Source of the DNA: a virus
Length of the DNA: 29,607 nucleotides
Reading direction: 5' to 3' (one strand)
Virus record (IMG/VR): IMGVR_UViG_3300045988_163197
Made by a program: the position numbers and the translations under genes. The notes below the pieces were generated by a model that saw only the letters and a list, made by a program, of their open reading frames with translations, did not search any database and had not been told where the DNA came from. Below are positions 24,039 through 29,607 of this stretch, in pieces (position 1 is the stretch's first letter; each line of letters opens with the position of its first letter).

Positions 24039-24512
24039 ATGGAACTGAACATTAAACTTATCGGAAACATCGGACGGCTGAACAAGAGAGAGCCTTTTAT
24101 TTTGGCAGACAATGAAAAACTTGTCCTTAACTTTTCCTGCGCCACGCCTTTGACAGATTATTATATCGAACTCAAAAACGGCGACAAATCGGCAAAATAC
24201 AGGCTTTCTTCGGTATCTTCCTATGAAGTGCCGAACGAACTCTTGCAGGCGGGTACACTTGAAGTTACGGTCAGCCTTTTATATTGCGGAAAAATCGTCG
24301 TTACCTACACCGTCGAGCCTATCGTCATTGCTCTTATAGACAACGGCTACAAGGGCTTTGCGGAACTCGACGAAGTAAAGGCGAAATACGACCTTCTTAT
24401 GGCGAACTACAACGAACTTGTCAGCAAGATAAATCAGGTTATCGACACCGCGAACAGACAACAGGAAGATATCCAAAAACTGTACAACGCGGTTGAACAA
24501 GGCGAATTTTAA
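24039..24512 (+). CDS. hypothetical 157-aa protein, beta-rich N-terminus plus C-terminal coiled coil
   Basis: AAGGAG RBS. Heptad-like C-terminus ELDEVKAKYDLLMANYNELVSKINQVIDTANRQQEDIQKLYN. Confidence 0.7.
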   Translation: MELNIKLIGNIGRLNKREPFILADNEKLVLNFSCATPLTDYYIELKNGDKSAKYRLSSVSSYEVPNELLQAGTLEVTVSLLYCGKIVVTYTVEPIVIALIDNGYKGFAELDEVKAKYDLLMANYNELVSKINQVIDTANRQQEDIQKLYNAVEQGEF

Positions 24513-24579
24513 GCGTGCTACCGCTCAAAAATCTAACTGCTCTCGTCGGGTAGCAACGGCACGGGCAAAGGAGTAATTT

Positions 24580-25101
24580 ATGGTAACTTTATCACTTACA
24601 GCAGAACAAATCGACCAACTTCGCAACATCGCGGCAGTCGGCGGCAAATGGCTTATGGCGGCTTTCACTGCACTCGGCGGACTTGCGGGCATCGCAAAAA
24701 TCATCACGACTTTTGTGGCAAGGAAGAAACCCGTCAAACTCAATCAATCAGACTACGAAGCAATCGCAAACGCTATCGTCGATAAAACCAACGGCAGTAT
24801 CGAAATCAATATGTCGTCCGAAATCGACAAGGCAACGCGTAACAGACTTGCGGAAGTCGAAAAAGTCAACGGCGAACTTGTCAAGGCTTGCAAGCAACTT
24901 GTAAAATCGCAAAAAGCAATAGCCAACGCTGTTTCGGACTTCAAAACTATATCTACATCGGCGCGCGACGAACTCAAAGCAAGTATGAATGACCTTGCGG
25001 ACGGCGAAAACGGGCTTGTGGCGGTCGAAACACCGAAAGTCGATAAACCTATCGTCAAAATAGAAAAAGTGGCAGAAAACGAAAATACGCCCTTGTATTA
25101 A
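24580..25101 (+). CDS. single-pass membrane protein with a long helical tail, 173 aa
   Basis: AAAGGAG RBS. TM segment WLMAAFTALGGLAGIAKIITTFV. Confidence 0.7.
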   Translation: MVTLSLTAEQIDQLRNIAAVGGKWLMAAFTALGGLAGIAKIITTFVARKKPVKLNQSDYEAIANAIVDKTNGSIEINMSSEIDKATRNRLAEVEKVNGELVKACKQLVKSQKAIANAVSDFKTISTSARDELKASMNDLADGENGLVAVETPKVDKPIVKIEKVAENENTPLY

Positions 25102-25113
25102 GGGGGTGAGAGT

Positions 25114-25620
25114 ATGAAACGAAACCCGAAAACCATAATGTCGGCTATAATGGAGTACATTGTGCTTATTGCGCCGACTGCGGGATATGCTATTTACTCG
25201 TACACGGACACTCTGCAATACACGATGAGCGCGAACTCCAAAGGCTTCTTTTGGACTTTGATTAGCCTTGCTATTCTTTGCGCTATAATCTACGGCATTT
25301 TTAAGAGCAGATACGACGAGTATCTTAAAGGGTATTACCAACACAAAGCGGACTTAAAGGTCGCGGATAATCCGTCGGAACTGTTAGTCAAGACCGTGGC
25401 AAAGGAAGAAAAGGTCGTATCAAATATAACCTACATTCCGATTATGTTCTATCTTCTTATGGCGTTGGCTGTACTCTCGGCGTTCCGCGATGCAATCGAA
25501 AAACTTGAACTCATTATCGAAATCATTGCGGCGAGCGTGTTCGGCAAAATGTGCTTGCATTGTCTTACCACTCATTTAAGGGAAGTCGCAACCATAAAAA
25601 AGGACGGTGAGACCGAATGA
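25114..25620 (+). CDS. polytopic membrane protein, 168 aa (about 4 hydrophobic helices)
   Basis: GGGGGTGAG RBS. Hydrophobic stretches at roughly aa 9-29, 45-63, 105-124 and 132-150. Confidence 0.7.
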   Translation: MKRNPKTIMSAIMEYIVLIAPTAGYAIYSYTDTLQYTMSANSKGFFWTLISLAILCAIIYGIFKSRYDEYLKGYYQHKADLKVADNPSELLVKTVAKEEKVVSNITYIPIMFYLLMALAVLSAFRDAIEKLELIIEIIAASVFGKMCLHCLTTHLREVATIKKDGETE

Positions 25621-26657
25621 GTAGTGAGAAAAAGAGAGTAGTGCTGGTTGGCAGTCGAATAACGATTAACGCGGCAATATCGTTGTGTATCACGGCGGCG
25701 TTGATTTTATCGAGTTTTTTCATCTTCAAGGGTATCGAAACGCAAGTATCGGGCAAGGACTTTTGGATACAAAAATCGGTTATGGCTGTCGCAACATTCT
25801 TGTTGATGTTTTCCATTGCGAACGTTACCGAAAACATAATGCTTGCAAAAGACAAGGATATAAACGACCGTCTGAACGCGTTAGACACGCACTATCAAAC
25901 AATAATGGCGAACTACGAAACCGCCGACTTGGAAACCTACATCGAAAACTTGAACAAAGCAAACAAGTATAAGAATTATATCCACAAGTGGAAAAAGAAA
26001 CTTCGTTTTGCAAGTAGGTTTAAGAAATGGGGAACTCCGAAAAGGCTTGAACGCATAAACAAAGCGTTGACCGTTACGGCAGAAGAACTGTGGGAAAGCG
26101 GACAAAAAGTCAAGTATCACAAGATAACTTTCAGCCAAATGGTGAGTGGAGCGAACGATGTTTCACCGAACGATGACGAGAGCGATTTAAGGTCGCACAA
26201 AGCCCGTTACGGCGCACAAAAGTTCGGCTGGAAGATTTTATCGCTCGTTGCGTTTGGAGCGTTCTCGGGGCAATTATTGTACTCGTGGCAAGACTTCAAC
26301 AAGGGTATGATTATTCCGCTTATCTTTCAGTGCGTAACGATTTTAATCTCTATCTATTCGGGGATATGCTTCGGATGCGCGATGAACGAGAGAACGAAAC
26401 AGACCTTAAAGCGCAAGTTAAAGATATTCTCGCAATTCAGGTACAAGATGAACAACAAGGTTGACGGCGTTGCGAACTTGGGCGTTGAAGTAATCAAAGA
26501 CCTTGAAGTCGAAAGAGCAAAAGAGAAGTCGAATAACCCGTTAAAGCGTACTTTTGATGACACCTTTGGGAGCGGACAGCCCGTTAAAGCGGGAGCGTTC
26601 GTCGGAAAACTCATCTCGTCAACGATTGATATTGAAGCGGAAAAACTTGCTAACTAA
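25617..26657 (+). CDS. membrane protein, 346 aa: 2 TM, basic loop, 2 TM, soluble tail
   Basis: ATGA coupling. TM-like stretches ITINAAISLCITAALILSSFFIF, SVMAVATFLLMFSIANV, FGWKILSLVAFGAFSGQLLY and MIIPLIFQCVTILISIYSGICFGCA. Loop KWKKKLRFASRFKKWGTPKR. Confidence 0.7.
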   Translation: MSSEKKRVVLVGSRITINAAISLCITAALILSSFFIFKGIETQVSGKDFWIQKSVMAVATFLLMFSIANVTENIMLAKDKDINDRLNALDTHYQTIMANYETADLETYIENLNKANKYKNYIHKWKKKLRFASRFKKWGTPKRLERINKALTVTAEELWESGQKVKYHKITFSQMVSGANDVSPNDDESDLRSHKARYGAQKFGWKILSLVAFGAFSGQLLYSWQDFNKGMIIPLIFQCVTILISIYSGICFGCAMNERTKQTLKRKLKIFSQFRYKMNNKVDGVANLGVEVIKDLEVERAKEKSNNPLKRTFDDTFGSGQPVKAGAFVGKLISSTIDIEAEKLAN

Positions 26658-26666
26658 AAGACAAAA

Positions 26667-26698
26667 CCCTCGGCATTTCGTCGGGGGCTTTGTTTCTT
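26667..26698. terminator. bidirectional intrinsic terminator between the late operon and the minus-strand gene
   Basis: Hairpin CCCTCGGC-ATTTC-GTCGGGGG (8 bp, two G-U pairs). T-rich on the + side (CTTTGTTTCTT) and on the - side (TTTTGTCTTTT). Confidence 0.65.
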
Positions 26699-26759
26699 AT
26701 AGGAGTGTAAAAATGATGTCAGTCGTTCGTGTTACGACAATGGTATTATAGCATACTGA

Positions 26760-26924
26760 TTAAGGCTTGTCAATACCAAACCACACTTTTTTTGCGTTTT
26801 CGGGCAATTTATCAGGGGCGGCGGGCTTTATGTGTTCAAAAGAACTCTCCGTCGATTGCAGGGCTTGTTTTATTTCTTCGATTTTTTGTTTGTCCGTAAC
26901 GACCACGTTTTCAAATTCGTTCAT
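26760..26924 (-). CDS. 54-aa protein, the only minus-strand gene, apparently leaderless
   Basis: ORF-track 26760-27044 trimmed to the internal Met (MNEFENVVVTDKQKIEEIKQ...). TATAAT ends 6 nt before this ATG and there is no SD. Confidence 0.5.
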   Translation of the reverse strand: MNEFENVVVTDKQKIEEIKQALQSTESSFEHIKPAAPDKLPENAKKVWFGIDKP

Positions 26925-26930
26925 AATTTC

Positions 26931-26959
26931 ATTATAGCAAAAAAAATTAAAAAACGCAA
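26931..26959 (-). promoter_or_regulatory. minus-strand promoter
   Basis: The minus strand reads TTGCGT (26959-26954), 17 nt spacer, TATAAT (26936-26931), GAAATT, then ATG. Confidence 0.55.
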
Positions 26960-26968
26960 CAAAAAGTA

Positions 26969-26997
26969 TTGACAAACGCAGAAAAGGGGTGTATGAT
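26969..26997 (+). promoter_or_regulatory. promoter of the replication/methylase operon
   Basis: TTGACA (26969-26974), 17 nt spacer, TATGAT (26992-26997). The extended box AAAAGTATTGACAAAC matches AAAACTATTGACAAAC at 5611-5626. Confidence 0.7.
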
Positions 26998-27066
26998 ATA
27001 AGAGTAATCGATATTTGGTGGGTGATGGCATTAAGTATCGGCAAACTGAATATCGGTTATCCATAA

Positions 27067-27118
27067 CCGCTTAAACAACCCTATCCATCACATTAAGGGA
27101 AGTTTAAGTGGTTTTTTT
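27067..27118 (+). terminator. terminator-like hairpin plus T7 inside the 5' leader of the replication operon (candidate attenuator)
   Basis: CCGCTTAAAC (27067-27076) pairs with GTTTAAGTGG (27102-27111). Inner CCCT pairs with AGGG. TTTTTTT at 27112-27118. Confidence 0.6.
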
Positions 27119-27139
27119 ATGGATAAAAGGAGATTGCTT

Positions 27140-28015
27140 ATGGCAGAATACAACAAACAAAGGTATTATTGGATAAAACTTACCGACCATTTTTTGACAA
27201 GCGACACGGTTGATTTTTTACTTTCGCAAAAGAACGGCGCAAACTATGTTGTCCTGTATCAGATGCTTTGCTTAAAATCGGTAAACTCAAACGGCTTACT
27301 TGCAAGACAAATCGGTGAAATCATTGTCCCCTACGATGTTGAAAAGATACAAAGAGATTGTAAACACTTTGATATTGACACCGTTCGGGTGGCTTTGGAA
27401 CTCTATAAGAAACTCGGACTTGTCTATGAACAGCAAGACGGGATATTGCAAATTACGAATTTCGACAGGCTTATAGGAAGTCAAACAATTTCCGCCGAAA
27501 AGAAACAAATTCAAATCGCAAATAGGCAAAGTGGAAAACAAGGTGGAACAAAGGTGGAAAATTTTCCACCAGATATAGAGATAAAGAGATTAAGAGATAA
27601 AGAGATAGATATTAAAGATATAAAAGAAAAAGACATAAATGTAGAAAAAGAAAGCCCGACGGACAAGCCGTCGTCGCCCGCTCCAAAACACAAGTATGGG
27701 CAATATAAGAATGTTTTATTGACCGAAAAAGAGTATAACACGCTTATCGGAATGACCGACGGAAAGGAAGCAATAGACTTTTATAGCGAATATCGTGCTT
27801 ATAAGGGCTACAAAGCAACGAGCGACTATCTGGCAATAAGGAAGTGGGCGTTCAAGGGACTTAAAGAACAACGGATAAAGGACGGCAATCAAACGGAATC
27901 CGTGCCGAAAGAAGAAACGGAAGAAGAAAAGATACAACGACAATTACGGGAATTACGCAAAGCAAGACCTGACCTTGCTAATTATAGCGACAAAGACTTA
28001 TTGAGATATTTTTAA
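27140..28015 (+). CDS. phage replisome organizer (start trimmed from 27119)
   Basis: AAGGAG at 27127-27132 before ATG 27140. N-terminus YYWIKLTDHFLTSDTVDFLLSQKNGANYVVLYQMLCLKS matches the replisome-organizer N-terminal domain pattern. Confidence 0.8.
   Translation: MAEYNKQRYYWIKLTDHFLTSDTVDFLLSQKNGANYVVLYQMLCLKSVNSNGLLARQIGEIIVPYDVEKIQRDCKHFDIDTVRVALELYKKLGLVYEQQDGILQITNFDRLIGSQTISAEKKQIQIANRQSGKQGGTKVENFPPDIEIKRLRDKEIDIKDIKEKDINVEKESPTDKPSSPAPKHKYGQYKNVLLTEKEYNTLIGMTDGKEAIDFYSEYRAYKGYKATSDYLAIRKWAFKGLKEQRIKDGNQTESVPKEETEEEKIQRQLRELRKARPDLANYSDKDLLRYF
27531..27650. repeat. origin-like repeat cluster within the organizer gene
   Basis: GTGGAA direct repeats at 27531, 27543 and 27554. Perfect 18-bp palindrome GGTGGAAAATTTTCCACC (27553-27570). 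Four tandem GAGATWRA octamers (27578-27609), then AT-rich sequence. Confidence 0.6.
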
Positions 28016-28027
28016 GGAGAACGAAAA

Positions 28028-28825
28028 ATGAAAAGAGATACACAATTATACTTATTGGCATTAAAGAGATACGAACGCACGATGATGACCGACAGCGAGT
28101 ACATTAAAGACGATGTGTTGTATTGTGCGAACTGCAACACGCCGAAAGCGATGCCTGACCTTATCGACCAAAACGGCAATCTTGTGATGTGTGCGTGCGA
28201 GTGTCGGGACAGGCGCAACCGTGAAGACGAAGAAGAAGAGCGCAAATGGAAACTGTTGCAGAAAATAGCGCAACTTAAAGAAATATCGCTTATGGACGAA
28301 CGATATTCCAAAGTAAGTTTTGAAACGAGCGCAAGGGGAACGGACGAGTATGAAAAAGCCGTCGGAGTGTGTAAGGACTATTGCACGAACGCAAGACAGA
28401 ACTTTAAGGACGGCAAAGGTTTATTCATATACGGCAATACGGGAATGGGCAAAACGCATATATCGGCGTGTATGGCAAACGACCTTTTGGAGCAGGGCTA
28501 TAAAATCAAATTCACGAACATAAACCGCATAATCGACCTTATCTACGAAAATGCGACCGCCGAACTGACGGAAATAAAGCGATGCGACTTCCTGTTCTTG
28601 GACGACTTCGGTAAAGATGTTGTTATGAAGAACAATCAGGACACTTGGTTGCAGTCGAAAATATATAACATAATCAATGACCGTTACATAGGCGAAAGAC
28701 CGATTATAATCACATCTAACAGCACTTTAAGAACGCTTATGCAGAAAGGGTATGATATTGTTACAATCGACCGCATAAGGGAAATGTGCGAGCAGATTGA
28801 AGTCAAGGGGGAGAATTGGCGTTAA
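28028..28825 (+). CDS. DnaC/IstB-like AAA+ helicase loader with an N-terminal Cys cluster
   Basis: Walker A GNTGMGKTH, Walker B FLFLDDFG. CANCNT...CACEC at the N-terminus. Confidence 0.85.
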   Translation: MKRDTQLYLLALKRYERTMMTDSEYIKDDVLYCANCNTPKAMPDLIDQNGNLVMCACECRDRRNREDEEEERKWKLLQKIAQLKEISLMDERYSKVSFETSARGTDEYEKAVGVCKDYCTNARQNFKDGKGLFIYGNTGMGKTHISACMANDLLEQGYKIKFTNINRIIDLIYENATAELTEIKRCDFLFLDDFGKDVVMKNNQDTWLQSKIYNIINDRYIGERPIIITSNSTLRTLMQKGYDIVTIDRIREMCEQIEVKGENWR

Positions 28826-28847
28826 ACCGATTTATAAGGAGTGAAAA

Positions 28848-29558
28848 ATGATAGAAATTGACAAGGTATATAATATGGACTGCCTTGACCTTATGCGAGA
28901 AATGGCAAATAATGGGGTGCTTGTTGACGGTATAATAACAGACCCGCCATATTTAATTGATTATAAAACAGGGCGGAGACAAGACAAAGACGACAAATTT
29001 TGCAAGGCGATTATCGGTGATAGCGACGAGCAACTTATTACCGACTACATAAAATTATGTTACGACATAATGAAAGATAACACGGCAATTTATTGTTTTT
29101 GCAATGCTGACAAGATAGACGTTTTTAAGCGTGAAATAGATAAATATTTCACAATAAAAAATATCATAATATGGGTTAAGAATAATTGGACGGCGGGCGA
29201 CCTTGAAGCGCAAATGGGAAAACAGTATGAGATGTGTATTTATGCAAACAAAGGACGAGCGTGTTTTAATGATAACTTAAAAAGACCTACGGATATATGG
29301 TATTGCAATCGTGTTTCAGGAAATGACCAGATACACCAAAATCAAAAACCACTTGACTTGATTTATAAAATGTTACAATTATCAACAAAAAAAGACGATA
29401 TAATTTTTGACGGATTTATGGGAAGTTTTACAACGGCGGTTGCTTGCCACAAAATGCAAAGGCACTTTATCGGCGCGGAACTTGACAAGGAATATTTTGC
29501 ACTCGGACAAAAGCGATTGCAAGAAGTACAAAATCAAATATCAATGTTTGACTTATAA
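28848..29558 (+). CDS. DNA N6-adenine / N4-cytosine methyltransferase (beta class)
   Basis: Catalytic IITDPPY comes before the AdoMet motif IIFDGFMGSFTT (order IV then I). Confidence 0.9.
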   Translation: MIEIDKVYNMDCLDLMREMANNGVLVDGIITDPPYLIDYKTGRRQDKDDKFCKAIIGDSDEQLITDYIKLCYDIMKDNTAIYCFCNADKIDVFKREIDKYFTIKNIIIWVKNNWTAGDLEAQMGKQYEMCIYANKGRACFNDNLKRPTDIWYCNRVSGNDQIHQNQKPLDLIYKMLQLSTKKDDIIFDGFMGSFTTAVACHKMQRHFIGAELDKEYFALGQKRLQEVQNQISMFDL

Positions 29559-29607
29559 GGAGTGAAAAAATGAATGAAAATAAAATAATAATACATATAA
29601 TCGACGT
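29553..29607. repeat. Terminal overlap, copy 2 (identical to 1-55). Includes the duplicated start of the 62-aa ORF at 29570.
   Basis: Direct comparison with nt 1-55. Confidence 0.95.

Noticed and set aside
24513-24579. Imperfect long-range pairing (TGCTACC with GGTAGCA) in the 24512-24580 intergenic spacer as a terminator or ncRNA
   Set aside because: The stem is only about 7 bp with a loop of about 27 nt, and no T-tract follows it. That is not enough to call.
26713-26751. 12-codon mini-ORF (MMSVVRVTTMVL) with a perfect AGGAGTGTAAAAATG context downstream of the late-operon terminator
   Set aside because: It is too short to support as a gene. It lies after a terminator and overlaps a small hairpin (GTCGT/ACGAC) that may belong to termination of the convergent minus-strand gene.
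27119-27139. ORF-track start codons at 27119, 3125 (GTG), 4246, 4979, 6086, 11502 and 2282 (TTG)
   Set aside because: Each lacks an SD, while an internal ATG a few codons downstream has an AAGGAG-type SD at 6-10 nt. Starts were moved accordingly. ATG 27119 also sits directly against the terminator T-tract.
1-29607. tRNA genes, CRISPR arrays, integrase/attP, transposases
   Set aside because: The intergenic spaces are short and are accounted for by promoters, terminators and leaders. No cloverleaf-like sequence, no repeat-spacer array and no recombinase motifs were recognised in any ORF.

Overview
The window is a complete small tailed dsDNA phage genome (Caudoviricetes). Nt 1-55 are repeated exactly at 29553-29607, so the unit length is 29,552 bp, either circularly closed or terminally redundant. 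About 55 genes are packed on the + strand, and only one small gene lies on the - strand. Almost every start has an AAGGAG-type Shine-Dalgarno, often in the fixed context AAGGAGTGAAAAATG, and consensus sigma-70/sigma-A promoters are present, which suggests a Firmicutes-like host (inference). Modules, reading across the junction:
- Replication (27140-28825): replisome organizer with an internal origin-like repeat cluster, plus a DnaC/IstB-like loader.
- Two orphan DNA methyltransferases: an N6A/N4C type at 28848-29558 and a C5 type at 211-1305.
- Early region (1434-7522): small genes driven by near-identical promoters, including a Rad52/Sak-like annealase, a NinB/Orf-like protein, a GIY-YIG nuclease, an HNH-like Zn protein, an ASCH protein, and a membrane protein plus lipoprotein pair.
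- Late operon from a promoter at 7519: terS, terL, portal, gp7/MuF-like protein, scaffold, major capsid with terminator, three neck proteins, a tail module with no recognisable tape measure, a 1331-aa fibre and a 413-aa second fibre sharing a repeated module.
- Accessory tail end: a gene interrupted by an in-frame TGA, a 77-aa ferritin-like protein, and three membrane proteins.

I could not recognise an integrase, repressor, DNA polymerase, tRNA, CRISPR array or endolysin. The most interesting items are:
- the endolysin-less membrane-protein cassette (24580-26657);
- the in-frame TGA gene (23311-23799);
- the modular and recently duplicated fibre genes;
- the divergent promoter and attenuator region in front of the replication genes.

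All functional calls come from motif recognition by eye. No database search was run.
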